From contig DKKR01000101.1 of NCBI GenBank assembly GCA_002455375.1, positions 54,227 to 112,567 of the forward strand: a DNA stretch of 58,341 nucleotides. Reading direction: 5' to 3'. The stretch is from Bacteroidetes bacterium UBA6661 (GTDB lineage Bacteria; Bacteroidota; Bacteroidia; AKYH767-A; OLB10). Positions within the stretch are counted from its first letter, which is position 1. Every line of letters begins with the position of its first letter. The notes under the pieces were generated by a model, which saw only the letters and a program-made list of their open reading frames with translations, had not been told where the DNA came from and did no database searches. This document shows, piece after piece, positions 1 through 9,437 of the stretch. A program made the translations under genes and the position numbers.

Positions 1-228
1 CAAAAAATTCAGGCAGGCATGCAGGCACTGGATTTATTTGCTGCAGAGACATCAATTTTTACAAGTAAAGGAGAAGCAAGAAAAATGATTACAGCAAATG
101 GCGTTTCATTGAATAAGCTTAAATTTTCTGACCCTTCACAAATTATCAGTAAAGAACAACTGATTGCGAATAAATTTATACTGATACAAAAAGGCAAGAA
201 GAATTTTTTCCTGATTAAGGCTGTTTGA
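1..228 (+). CDS. tyrS: tyrosine--tRNA ligase, C-terminal fragment (S4-like RNA-binding domain); the 5' end lies outside the window
   Basis: Frame 1 is open from base 1. The tail ..SKGEARKMITANGVSLNKLKF..FILIQKGKKNFFLIKAV resembles the S4-type C-terminal domain that ends bacterial TyrRS. Confidence 0.7.
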   Translation, partial: QKIQAGMQALDLFAAETSIFTSKGEARKMITANGVSLNKLKFSDPSQIISKEQLIANKFILIQKGKKNFFLIKAV

Positions 229-264
229 GTAATGTATTATAAACGATAATTGTATTTGTAAAAA

Positions 265-1176
265 TCACCCTTGCGTTAGCAGTTGAAAAACATCTTCAAG
301 TCGGCTTTCTTCTTTTTGCATTGACAGTACAGCTATATTATGGCTTACTGCCATAGTGAAAACAGCTTTACGCACGTCATCATCACCACTGTAATTTACC
401 TTCCATGTATTTCCGGAATGATGAATAACCTTACTCACCGTAGGGATATCTTGAAGCCATTTGGCATCAATTTTTCCATCAAACTCAACGGTGATTTCAT
501 GTACCGGTTTGGCTTTTTGACGTAGCATGCCTGTATCATCATCGGCTACAATTTTTCCTTTGTTGATTATGATAACACGATTACAGATAGCCTCAACTTC
601 CTGCATGATGTGTGTAGAAAGTATAACGGTTTTGTGTTTTCCTATTGATTTAATCAGTGCACGAATTTCAACCAGCTGATTGGGGTCTAAACCCGAAGTT
701 GGTTCATCAAGAATGAGTACAGCAGGGTCGTGAATTAAAGCTTGTGCAATTCCAACTCTTTGTCTGTAGCCTTTAGACAGTGCGCCAATTTTCTTTTTGT
801 ATTCAGGTGTTAGACCTGTAAGGGTAATCATAGTGTCGGCACGTTTTGCAGCTTCTTTAGCAGATAAATAAATTCCACCAACAAATTGAAGATACTCTTT
901 AACAAACATGTCAGGATAAAGTGGATTGTGCTCGGGAAGGTAGCCAACATTACGTCTAACCTCTAAGGATTGTGAAAGCGTATCAAAGCCACAAACAGAA
1001 ACTTTCCCTTCATTCTGCGGAATAAAGCATGAGATAATTTTCATAAGCGTTGATTTACCCGCGCCATTGGGTCCAAGTAAACCAACAACCTGACCTGTAT
1101 TGATTTCAAAACTTACATTATCTAATGCACGTTGCTTGCCATAAATTTTGGTTACATTTTTTACTGAAACAGACAT
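265..1176 (-). CDS. gldA: ABC transporter ATP-binding protein, GldA-like (gliding-motility-associated ABC ATPase)
   Basis: Walker A GPNGAGKST, ABC signature LSKGYRQR and Walker B LILDEPTSGLD are present. The blocks VGYLPEHNPLY and STHIMQEVEAICNRVIIINKGKIVAD match GldA of Flavobacterium as I recall it. Confidence 0.75.
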   Translation of the reverse strand: MSVSVKNVTKIYGKQRALDNVSFEINTGQVVGLLGPNGAGKSTLMKIISCFIPQNEGKVSVCGFDTLSQSLEVRRNVGYLPEHNPLYPDMFVKEYLQFVGGIYLSAKEAAKRADTMITLTGLTPEYKKKIGALSKGYRQRVGIAQALIHDPAVLILDEPTSGLDPNQLVEIRALIKSIGKHKTVILSTHIMQEVEAICNRVIIINKGKIVADDDTGMLRQKAKPVHEITVEFDGKIDAKWLQDIPTVSKVIHHSGNTWKVNYSGDDDVRKAVFTMAVSHNIAVLSMQKEESRLEDVFQLLTQG

Positions 1177-1191
1177 ATACCTCTAAAAAAT

Positions 1192-2070
1192 TTAAAGTTG
1201 TGCACTAATTCTGTCCAACACAGTTTGAATTAATTGATGCATGCGCTCTTCATATTTTTTTGAAAACTGCTGTGCAATTCTGTTGGCAACAATAAGGTTA
1301 ACAGCACAGCAATGATGTCCTAAAATTTTTGCCAGACCATACATGGCACCGGTTTCCATTTCAAAATTAGTTACCTTATGCTCACCATGACGGAATGAAT
1401 TTAATTTTTCAATCATATCGGTTCTTGCTAATTGATAACGCAACACCCTTCCTTGTGGTGCATAAAAACCTGAACATGATGCCGTAATACCTTTATGCAT
1501 ACCTTCTGAAAGTGCATGTTCTAATTTTAAAGAGCTTCGGGTCAGATATGATTCCGGCAGTTTGCAATTGTTTGGATAATGCTTTCTGAAACTTTCAATG
1601 ATAGCTTGTTCTTCGGGAGTATTTGTGTATTGATAAAAGTTTAATAAACCGTCTAATCCTAAACCGAATGTCGAAAACACAAACGAGTCAACAGGAATTT
1701 CGGGTTGAAGCGCACCGGAAGTGCCTATACGAATTAGATTAAGTGCTGTTAAATTGGGTTTTACGGTTCTTGTTTTAAGATCAATATTTACTAATGCATC
1801 AAGTTCATTATATACAATGTCAATATTGTCGGTACCAATGCCTGTTGAAATAACAGAGATTCTACGCCCTTTATAATGACCCGTATGTGTTACAAACTCG
1901 CGTTTTTGCTTTTTTACCTCAATGCTGTCAAAAAAGGAACTGACTTTTGATACACGGTCGGGGTCGCCAACATTTATTACTACATCAGAAATATCTTCCG
2001 GTAGAAGATTAAGATGGTAAACGCTACCATCAGGGTTTAGAATAAGCTCTGATTCGGGAATTTGATTCAT
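1192..2070 (-). CDS. nucleoside phosphorylase (PNP/UDP phosphorylase family 1)
   Basis: 292 aa. The motifs GDPDRV, ISVISTGIGTDNIDI, IRIGTSGAL and FEMETGAMY are typical of uridine/purine nucleoside phosphorylases. It lies 15 bp upstream of gldA on the same strand. Confidence 0.75.
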   Translation of the reverse strand: MNQIPESELILNPDGSVYHLNLLPEDISDVVINVGDPDRVSKVSSFFDSIEVKKQKREFVTHTGHYKGRRISVISTGIGTDNIDIVYNELDALVNIDLKTRTVKPNLTALNLIRIGTSGALQPEIPVDSFVFSTFGLGLDGLLNFYQYTNTPEEQAIIESFRKHYPNNCKLPESYLTRSSLKLEHALSEGMHKGITASCSGFYAPQGRVLRYQLARTDMIEKLNSFRHGEHKVTNFEMETGAMYGLAKILGHHCCAVNLIVANRIAQQFSKKYEERMHQLIQTVLDRISAQL

Positions 2071-2205
2071 AACAATTGTAAATAATTTCTGTGCTAAGGT
2101 AAGATATATTAAAGCATCAGGTTAAAAGTACTGTCAGTTCATGTAATTTACAGTTAAATAATCTATTGGAAGTCATATTTTATGAAATTTGATATTTCCT
2201 TTTTT

Positions 2206-2213
2206 TATATTTG
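2206..2213 (+). promoter_or_regulatory. Bacteroidota sigma-A -7 box (TAnnTTTG)
   Basis: TATATTTG lies 24 bp upstream of the ATG at 2237, in a divergent intergenic region. Confidence 0.4.
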
Positions 2214-2236
2214 CATAGTTAATACACCTGTTTTTT

Positions 2237-3124
2237 ATGAACCAAGAGAAGAAGGTTATAGTCACCCCGATAGACTTTTCAGAACAATCACTTATTGCAC
2301 TTTCACAAACATTTAATCTTGCAAGGTTAACCGGTAGCCATATCAGGCTTTTGCACGTTATTGATCAGGACTTTGTTTCACATTTAACCAACAGCATTTT
2401 TTCGAAAGAAAACTATGCCGATCAGATTCGAAATGATATTGAACGCAGACTTGATGAACTGGCATCAAAGGTACATAAGGAAGAAAAAATTTCCACTTCC
2501 ACCCATATCAGAACAGGAAAGATTTATAATGAAATTGTAGCGGAAGCCAATGACGTTGATGCTGCATTTATAGTTATGGGAACACAAGGTGCCAGCACAT
2601 TGAAGAAGAAATTTCTAGGCTCCAATACTTCAAGAGTAATTAAGGAGGCTTTATGTCCTGTCATTACTATCAAAGGTCATGAACATCTTAAAGGGTGTAA
2701 AGATATTGCCCTACCATTGGATCTAACAAAAGAAACACGTGAAAAGGTGAATTATGCCATTGACATGGCAAAGCTTTTTGGTGCTGTTGTACACATTTTT
2801 TCAGTGCTTGAAACAGATGATGAGTTTTTAGTAAATAAATTGGAACGACAATTGCAGCAAGTTAAGCAGTTCATTACGGAATCGGGTGTTGAATGTCAAG
2901 GTGAATTGGTTCCACAAAGTGATTCCAATGTATCATTGAGTATAATCGAATATGCAAGAATAAAAAATTGTGATTTAATAATCATCATGACACAAGGCGA
3001 AACCAATATTGCAGATTTATTTATCGGGACAGCGGCACAGGAAGTTATTAATAACTCTGAAATTCCAGTCTTATGTATCCGACCAATGGTTAGAAAAGAC
3101 ACTACACAATATGTACTATCATAA
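2237..3124 (+). CDS. universal stress protein, tandem USP domains
   Basis: 295 aa with two USP-like halves. Each has the ..MGTQGAS../..IIIMTQGE.. ATP-binding-type loop and the CPV(I/L) motif. Confidence 0.8.
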   Translation: MNQEKKVIVTPIDFSEQSLIALSQTFNLARLTGSHIRLLHVIDQDFVSHLTNSIFSKENYADQIRNDIERRLDELASKVHKEEKISTSTHIRTGKIYNEIVAEANDVDAAFIVMGTQGASTLKKKFLGSNTSRVIKEALCPVITIKGHEHLKGCKDIALPLDLTKETREKVNYAIDMAKLFGAVVHIFSVLETDDEFLVNKLERQLQQVKQFITESGVECQGELVPQSDSNVSLSIIEYARIKNCDLIIIMTQGETNIADLFIGTAAQEVINNSEIPVLCIRPMVRKDTTQYVLS

Positions 3125-3135
3125 ATCCATTTCCT

Positions 3136-4023
3136 ATGAGCAGCAATCAACTATTTGAAATCAAGAGAATTTTAATTCCTTATGATTTTTCAGAAACAGC
3201 AGCGTTAAGTCTTGAACATGCAGTTTTCATGGCCAAATTATTAAAGGCAGATATTTATCTGCTGCATATTCTTGAATCCGTTTCTTTTACCTCTGCATTT
3301 GGTGCAGCATTTGGGAATGTAGATAAAAAGTTAGAGTCGGAATCGAATACCAAACTTGATGAAATTGGTAAACAGATTCACATGAACAACGGTATAACGG
3401 TTAAGTCAATCACAGAGGTTGGAAGGATTTATCGTAAAATTGTTGATGTTGCCAAACGCGAAAACATTGACATCATAATTATGGGCACACATGGTGTTTC
3501 AGGATATAAAAAGTTTAATGTAGGAACTAATACCAGCAAAGTGGTTGAAGAGGCAGGCTGTCCGGTGATTTCTGTACAGACACATAGCAAGAAAATCGGA
3601 TTTAAAAAGATTGTTCTACCAATTGATAATTCTCCACAGTCGCGTCAAAAGGTAAGTTATGCATTAGCTGTTGCACGTTCTTATGGTTCACACATTTGTA
3701 TTGCAGGTCTTATAAACTTCGGTAATGAAGACAATAAGAGAATGTTTAAACTAAAAGTGGATCAGGTAGAGGAATGGCTTCTGCAACATGGAGTAAGTGT
3801 TGAGAAAAAATTTGTTGAAGGCGACAACCTGGCCAAAATGACCATGCAAGCAGCAGAAGAATGGGATGCTGATTTAATTGTAATAATGACAGAACAAGAA
3901 CCAAGTATTACCGGATTTTTCCTTGGCACCTACGCAACACAGGTTGTTAACCATAGTAAAATACCGGTTATGGCAGTGCATCCGTCAGAATCAGACGGCA
4001 GCACAATTACTGTTGGATATTAA
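3136..4023 (+). CDS. universal stress protein, tandem USP domains (paralog of the preceding gene)
   Basis: 295 aa with the same architecture: ILIPYDFSE.., IIIMGTHGVSGY, SKVVEEAGCPVISV, VIMTEQEP, IPVMAV. Confidence 0.8.
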   Translation: MSSNQLFEIKRILIPYDFSETAALSLEHAVFMAKLLKADIYLLHILESVSFTSAFGAAFGNVDKKLESESNTKLDEIGKQIHMNNGITVKSITEVGRIYRKIVDVAKRENIDIIIMGTHGVSGYKKFNVGTNTSKVVEEAGCPVISVQTHSKKIGFKKIVLPIDNSPQSRQKVSYALAVARSYGSHICIAGLINFGNEDNKRMFKLKVDQVEEWLLQHGVSVEKKFVEGDNLAKMTMQAAEEWDADLIVIMTEQEPSITGFFLGTYATQVVNHSKIPVMAVHPSESDGSTITVGY

Positions 4024-4044
4024 AAATAATTTTCATGATTTACA

Positions 4045-4077
4045 CATGGGGCGCTTAAGGAGCGCCCCCATGTTTTT
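4045..4077 (+). terminator. rho-independent terminator after the USP pair
   Basis: GC-rich stem GGGGCGCT / AGCGCCCC with a TAAGG loop, extended by CAT/ATG with one bulged C, followed by TTTTT. Confidence 0.7.
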
Positions 4078-4112
4078 ATTACCTTCGCCAATCAGAATTT
4101 TAAATACTATTA

Positions 4113-5792
4113 ATGCCATCGTTTAAAGGTAGTCTGCGCTTTATATTTAAAACTTTACTATGGACTGCAGGCATACTTATTATATTATTTCTTTTATTTC
4201 TATGGAGGATTCAGATTCCCGATCCTGCTATAAGCAGTAAACTAAAACCAGGTGACCTTAAACGTATTCAAACAGGTGTTGACAGCTATCGTATCGGCAA
4301 CAACTGGTTGCGCAAAAATCAACAAGGTGTCTGGGAAATGTATATTGAAGGAAATGACTATGAAAGAGGTGTTGTATATGGCGTATTGGCAAAAGAATTA
4401 ATTGAGAAACAGGAAGAGTATTTTGTTGATCAGATCAATGAAATAATTCCCAACAAATTTTTTCTGCAGTTTATTAAAATGTTTGTAGCATGGTTTAATC
4501 GTGATATTTACAAATATATTCCCGCAGAAAACCTTCGCGAAATTTATGGTATCTCACTTTCTTTTTCCGATAAGTACGATTATATTGGACCAAAGTATTA
4601 TCGAATTCTAAACTATCATGCCGCACACGATATTGGACATGCACTTACAGATTTTCAATTAGTAGGTTGTACGTCATTTGCTGCTAACGACAGCCTTACG
4701 GACGATCATAAATTACTAATCGGCAGAAATTTTGATTTTTATATGGGCGATGATTTTGCCCGTAACAAACTGTTACTTTTTGTAAAACCTGATAGCGGCT
4801 ACTCATTTGTTTCTTATTCATGGGCCGGACTTACCGGAGTTGTTTCGGGCATGAATGAAAAAGGGTTAACAGTTACTATCAATGCAGCAAAGTCTGATAT
4901 CCCTACCACTGCAAAGGATCCTATTTCATTATTAGCACGCGAAATTTTGCAGCATGCAACAAACATTAAGCAGGCAATTGCAATTGCAGAAAAAAGAGAA
5001 ACATTTGTTTCAGAATCGTTGCTTATTGGCTCAGCACAGGATAGCACGGCTGCATTAATAGAGAAAACACCAACAAGAATGGATGTGTATCATTCACCAC
5101 ACGAATTGTTGGTATGCTCCAATCACTATCAGGGTGCTGAATTAAAAAACGATCCACACAACATTTCCAATATAGAGCTTAGCGATAGTAAGTTCCGCTT
5201 TGACAGAATAACAGAGTTGCTAAAAGAAAATTACCCACTCAGTATTTCATCAGCGGTATCTGTCCTCCGAAATAAGTTTGGGATGCACAATAAAAATATT
5301 GGTTATGGAAATCCGAAGGCAATTAATCAGTTGATTGCACATCACAGCATTTTGTTCAAGCCTCAAAGCAGCGATTTTTGGATTTCTACAATGCCTTATC
5401 AGGAAGGTGTTTATGTTCACTATAACTTATCTGATGTTTTAAAAGGAAAAATGCCTGATGCTGACTCACTGAATATTCCAGCCAGTGAATTTGTAAATTC
5501 CAACGATTTAAAAAAATTTGAAGCATTTAAAGTCATTAAACAACGCATTTATAAACACAATACTTTTGGTGTAAAACTGCACCTCAGTGAGATTGAGATC
5601 AAACAATATATAGATAATAACCCAATGAGCTATGTTACCTACATGAGTTTAGGCGATTATTTTTATCATGAAAAAAATTACCAAAGGGCGACAGCCTATT
5701 ATAAGGAAGCACTAAAACAAGAAGTGGCATCAAAGGCAGAAGAGGAAAAAATTCAAAAGATGATTGAAACCTGTACTGAAAAATTAAAGTAA
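4113..5792 (+). CDS. membrane-anchored peptidase C45 / acyl-CoA:6-aminopenicillanic-acid acyltransferase-like Ntn hydrolase with a TPR-like C-terminal tail
   Basis: N-terminal TM helix LLWTAGILIILFLLFLW. Gly-Cys nucleophile context FQLVGCTSFAA. GRNFDFYMGDDF and WAGLTGVVSGMNEKGLTVTINA are present. The C-terminal YFYHEKNYQRATAYYKEALK is TPR-like. Confidence 0.7.
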   Translation: MPSFKGSLRFIFKTLLWTAGILIILFLLFLWRIQIPDPAISSKLKPGDLKRIQTGVDSYRIGNNWLRKNQQGVWEMYIEGNDYERGVVYGVLAKELIEKQEEYFVDQINEIIPNKFFLQFIKMFVAWFNRDIYKYIPAENLREIYGISLSFSDKYDYIGPKYYRILNYHAAHDIGHALTDFQLVGCTSFAANDSLTDDHKLLIGRNFDFYMGDDFARNKLLLFVKPDSGYSFVSYSWAGLTGVVSGMNEKGLTVTINAAKSDIPTTAKDPISLLAREILQHATNIKQAIAIAEKRETFVSESLLIGSAQDSTAALIEKTPTRMDVYHSPHELLVCSNHYQGAELKNDPHNISNIELSDSKFRFDRITELLKENYPLSISSAVSVLRNKFGMHNKNIGYGNPKAINQLIAHHSILFKPQSSDFWISTMPYQEGVYVHYNLSDVLKGKMPDADSLNIPASEFVNSNDLKKFEAFKVIKQRIYKHNTFGVKLHLSEIEIKQYIDNNPMSYVTYMSLGDYFYHEKNYQRATAYYKEALKQEVASKAEEEKIQKMIETCTEKLK

Positions 5793-7078
5793 TGAAACAT
5801 CTCGGTGAAATAGAATTTGAAGGTGTTGAAACCATACGTAAAATGCAGCAACAAAAACTTTCTGAATTGCTGCTCTATGTTAGCACTAACTCTGCATATT
5901 ATAAAGAAGTCTTCAGGCAACATAACATAAAGATTGAAAACATTACACTTGACAATTTAAATGAATTGCCATTTACAACAAAGGATAATCTGGCAACACA
6001 TAATGATTCTTTTTTATGTGTTGATAAAAGCCTGGTTGCCGATTATGTGACTACATCAGGAACATTGAGTGATCCGGTTACATTTTATCTCACATCAGCC
6101 GACCTGGAAAGATTGGCATATAACGAAGCCTTATCACTGCAATGCGCTGATGGCAGTAAGAAAGATATTTTTCAAATGATGACCACCATTGACAAATTAT
6201 TCATGGCAGGATTAGCCTACTTTTTAGGTATCAGAAAATTAGGTGCTGCCAGCATAAGAGTTGGGCCGGGAACACCTCAGGCGCAGTGGGATTATATTCA
6301 TCGTTTTAAACCTTCTACATTAATTGCCATTCCATCGTTTATACCACAATTATTACAGTATGCATCTGAAAGAAAAATTGATTTTCAATCAACTTCAGTA
6401 AAAAAAATTGTTTGTCTTGGAGAACCTGTTCGCAATGCTGATTTTTCATTGAACGAGCTTGGAAAAAGAATCACCTCGTTGTGGGATGTAAAATTGTATT
6501 CAACCTATGCATCAACGGAGATGAGTTCTGCATTTACAGAGTGTGGTTATGGCAATGGCGGACATGCACATCCGGAGTTATTAATTCTTGAAGTAGTTGA
6601 CGATAACGGACTGCAGGTACGTAATGGTGAATTGGGTGAAGTTGTTGTAACCACACTTAGTGTAGAGGGTATGCCGTTAATTCGTTTTAAAACCGGTGAT
6701 TTATGCCACGTTCATTATGATTTATGTAAATGTGGCCGATTCACCACTCGCTTAGGCCCTGTTATGGGTAGAAAGCAGCAGATGATCAAGTTTAAAGGAA
6801 CTACATTATTTCCACAAATAATCTTTAATGTACTCAACATGATGCCGCAAATTGAATTATTTCAAGTTGAAGTCAGACGAAATGAATTTAATATTGATGC
6901 CATTACCATTGTGTTGCCAAAAGATTTATATTCTGATTCATTTGAACATGAAATTTCTTCATTATTTAAGTCCAAAATCAGAGTAACTCCGGCATTTAAG
7001 TTTATTGATACTGATGAGTTACAACAAAAAGTTTTTAAGGCAGATAAACGTAAATCTGAACGAATAGTATATATTTAG
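5792..7078 (+). CDS. phenylacetate-CoA ligase (PaaK) / coenzyme F390 synthetase family adenylate-forming enzyme
   Basis: 428 aa. P-loop-like TTSGTLSDP, YASTEM core motif, and a C-terminal ..GRKQQMIKFKGT.. block. The ATG overlaps the upstream TAA (TAATG). Confidence 0.7.
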   Translation: MKHLGEIEFEGVETIRKMQQQKLSELLLYVSTNSAYYKEVFRQHNIKIENITLDNLNELPFTTKDNLATHNDSFLCVDKSLVADYVTTSGTLSDPVTFYLTSADLERLAYNEALSLQCADGSKKDIFQMMTTIDKLFMAGLAYFLGIRKLGAASIRVGPGTPQAQWDYIHRFKPSTLIAIPSFIPQLLQYASERKIDFQSTSVKKIVCLGEPVRNADFSLNELGKRITSLWDVKLYSTYASTEMSSAFTECGYGNGGHAHPELLILEVVDDNGLQVRNGELGEVVVTTLSVEGMPLIRFKTGDLCHVHYDLCKCGRFTTRLGPVMGRKQQMIKFKGTTLFPQIIFNVLNMMPQIELFQVEVRRNEFNIDAITIVLPKDLYSDSFEHEISSLFKSKIRVTPAFKFIDTDELQQKVFKADKRKSERIVYI

Positions 7079-7166
7079 GATTGTAGCTTGCTACATTAAA
7101 TTTTAACAGCAATGAAAATTAAATTATTGAAACATAAAATTGAACATTACACTAAGCAAAACTAAT

Positions 7167-8031
7167 ATGATAGAAAAAGCTAAAGCGATATACAGATTCT
7201 TATCACCCAAATTCCAAAGTGTTTTTTTAGAGTACAAAGTTACTCCTCAACCAAGATATGGACATGGTTCCCCCCCCCCATGCTCTTTTGTTTGATTTAG
7301 TAAACAGCAACAGACAACTATACCAACAACACCTGGAATCTTTCTTAAAATATGCTGACAACATACAAATGATAAAAGATTCAAAGGAAGAAAAGAATGA
7401 AAATAATCCGTCATGGAACAATGGTTATTTGCCGGGGTTGGATATAATAGGGCTATATGGCATTATTGCCAATTACAAGCCCCAAAAATATATTGAAATA
7501 GGTTCAGGAAATTCAACTAAAGTGGCAAGAAAAGCCATTGTTGAGAATAATTTAAAGACTGAAATTACATCTATTGACCCTTTTCCGAGAGCTAATATTG
7601 ATCACTTGGCAGATTCTGTCATCAGAAAGCCCTTTGAGAGTTTACCAGACAATAAATTTATCATAGAATCTTTAGAAGAAAATGATATCCTGTTCATTGA
7701 TAATTCGCATAGAGTGTTTCCGAATTCTGATTCGATGATTTGCTTTTTGGAACTTATTCCGTTTTTAAAGAAGGGGGTTATTGTACAGATTCATGATATT
7801 TATCTACCCTATGATTATCCTCAATTTATGTGTGATAGATTTTACAACGAACAGTATATGCTTGCTGCTTTTATATTAGCAAATCCTATAAAATATAAAA
7901 CCATTTTACCCTGCTATTTTATTAGCGAAGACATAGAATTGGCAAAAACTATTTCACCTGTATGGAGTCACCCTAATTTAACCCATGTTGAAAAACATGG
8001 CGGCTCCTATTGGTTGATGATAAATGAGTAA
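7167..8031 (+). pseudogene. class I SAM-dependent methyltransferase, reading frame interrupted in a C10 tract (frameshift, phase-variable OFF state or sequencing error)
   Basis: The ORF from ATG 7167 (MIEKAKAIYRFLSPKF..PRYGHGSPPP) stops at 7293-7295. The ORF 7258-8031 continues in the +1 frame (..PPPHALLFDLV..; SAM motif YIEIGSGNST; IDNSH). Deleting one C fuses the two frames. Confidence 0.65.
7270..7279 (+). repeat. C10 homopolymeric tract at the frameshift point
   Basis: Counted directly: gttc + ccccccccc + atg gives ten consecutive C. Confidence 0.95.
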
Positions 8032-8040
8032 ATAGTTTAT

Positions 8041-8048
8041 TATATTTG
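8041..8048 (+). promoter_or_regulatory. Bacteroidota -7 box (TAnnTTTG)
   Basis: TATATTTG lies 25 bp upstream of the ATG at 8074. Confidence 0.4.
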
Positions 8049-8073
8049 CCGATAACAATTAATAAAAAATAGT

Positions 8074-8703
8074 ATGAAAAAATCGCTGCTTACGTTAATG
8101 CTTTCTGCATTGATGCTTGGTGCTTTTGCCCAAGGTAAAATGAATGAACTTTTTAAGAACAATGTAAAACTCATTTTTATGGGTTATGACCTGTCGCAGG
8201 CAAGGTTTATCGGTACAGATGGTTTTACCGACCCTGCAGCCATCAAAGATAAGTTTGTTGCTGCATGGAACAATACTTTTGTAGCTGAGTACGAAAAATT
8301 CAGCTTACAAAAAGCATTTAAACTCACCAACGACAAATACGAAACTAATGTAGATGTAGTGCAGGATATTAATGGGAAATTAAATATTCACGAAAGAGTG
8401 ATGAACGGAAGTTATTCAATTGGAGAAGATGATGTAAAAAAAGCGGTTTCGCATTATAATTCCAAAGAGAAAGATGCAGTAGGTTTGGTTTATGTAGTTG
8501 AAAGTTTTAATAAAACATTAGAAAAAGCTGTTATCTGGGTAACATTTGTTGATTTGTCAAACAACAAGGTACTTTACACAGAAAAGGTAGAAGAAAAAGC
8601 CGGTGGCTTTGGCTTGAAGAACTATTGGATTGCGCCAGCAACTAAACTGAAAAAAGATATTGAAGGAAAATACTATAAAACCTGGAAGAATAAATTCAAG
8701 TAA
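8074..8703 (+). CDS. hypothetical secreted protein
   Basis: Signal peptide MKKSLLTLMLSALMLGAFAQ. I recognise no motif. It is the first gene of a tightly packed three-gene unit. Confidence 0.6.
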   Translation: MKKSLLTLMLSALMLGAFAQGKMNELFKNNVKLIFMGYDLSQARFIGTDGFTDPAAIKDKFVAAWNNTFVAEYEKFSLQKAFKLTNDKYETNVDVVQDINGKLNIHERVMNGSYSIGEDDVKKAVSHYNSKEKDAVGLVYVVESFNKTLEKAVIWVTFVDLSNNKVLYTEKVEEKAGGFGLKNYWIAPATKLKKDIEGKYYKTWKNKFK

Positions 8704-8707
8704 TTAG

Positions 8708-9433
8708 GTGAATAAAAATTCATGCTTTCATTTAAGCAGGCAGATTATCTTGTTTTGCCTGCTTTCTTTTTTATTGTCTTCATGCCGTGGTTTGTTTTTA
8801 TCAAAGGAGAAGGCCTATAGTAAGGCAATTGCAACGAAACCATTTGATGCTATTATAGTGCCGGGATTTCCTTATTTTGAAGGTCAGCCCTGGCCACAGG
8901 TAGTGCAAATGAGAATGATTTGGGCGAAATTTCTTTATCAGAACGGCTACACTAAAAATATTATTTTTTCTGGCAATGCTGTTTACTCCCCATTTGTCGA
9001 AGGAAAGACAATGAAAGCTTTTGCCATAGCCATGGGGATTCCGGAAGAACATATTTATGTTGAAGATAAAGCAGAACACAGTGTTGAAAATGTTTATTAT
9101 TCATATCGTTTGGCAAAAAAGTTAGGATTTAAAAAAATTGCCTTAGCAACTGACCCTGTTCAAACCCGCTCAATGGTAAGTTTTATTCACCGCTTTAGTC
9201 TGCCTATCTCATATCTGCCAATAATGTACAAAACACTACGTTTGTTACCACATAATGAGCCTGATATAGAAGGTAAATTGCAGAGAGTAGAAAATTTTAT
9301 TTCTTTGCCTGAGAAAGAAACTTTTAAACAACGTTTTGCAGGCACTTTAGGTAAAAATATAAAGTGGCATATCGAAGATTTAAAGAAGAAAAGATTGCGT
9401 AAAAAATATTCACATAATATAGTTCAGGAATAG
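8708..9433 (+). CDS. YdcF/DUF218 family lipoprotein
   Basis: GTG start and a lipobox-like LLSSC. The core AIIVPG..GNAVYSP..EGKTM..GIP..I..EDKAEHSVEN is typical of DUF218 (ElyC/SanA/YdcF). There is a 4-nt gap to the upstream gene. Confidence 0.6.
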   Translation: MNKNSCFHLSRQIILFCLLSFLLSSCRGLFLSKEKAYSKAIATKPFDAIIVPGFPYFEGQPWPQVVQMRMIWAKFLYQNGYTKNIIFSGNAVYSPFVEGKTMKAFAIAMGIPEEHIYVEDKAEHSVENVYYSYRLAKKLGFKKIALATDPVQTRSMVSFIHRFSLPISYLPIMYKTLRLLPHNEPDIEGKLQRVENFISLPEKETFKQRFAGTLGKNIKWHIEDLKKKRLRKKYSHNIVQE

Positions 9434-9437
9434 AAAG

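Noticed and set aside
3923-4126. 67-aa ORF spanning the end of the second USP gene and the intergenic terminator
   Set aside because: It overlaps a confident CDS in another frame and runs straight through the GC-rich terminator hairpin, so it is an artefact.
7112-7165. 17-codon mini-ORF (MKIKLLKHKIEHYTKQN) ending 1 nt before the ATG at 7167, possibly a further frameshifted N-terminal piece of the methyltransferase
   Set aside because: It is too short and too lysine-rich to distinguish from chance in AT-rich DNA, and I have no homology evidence available.
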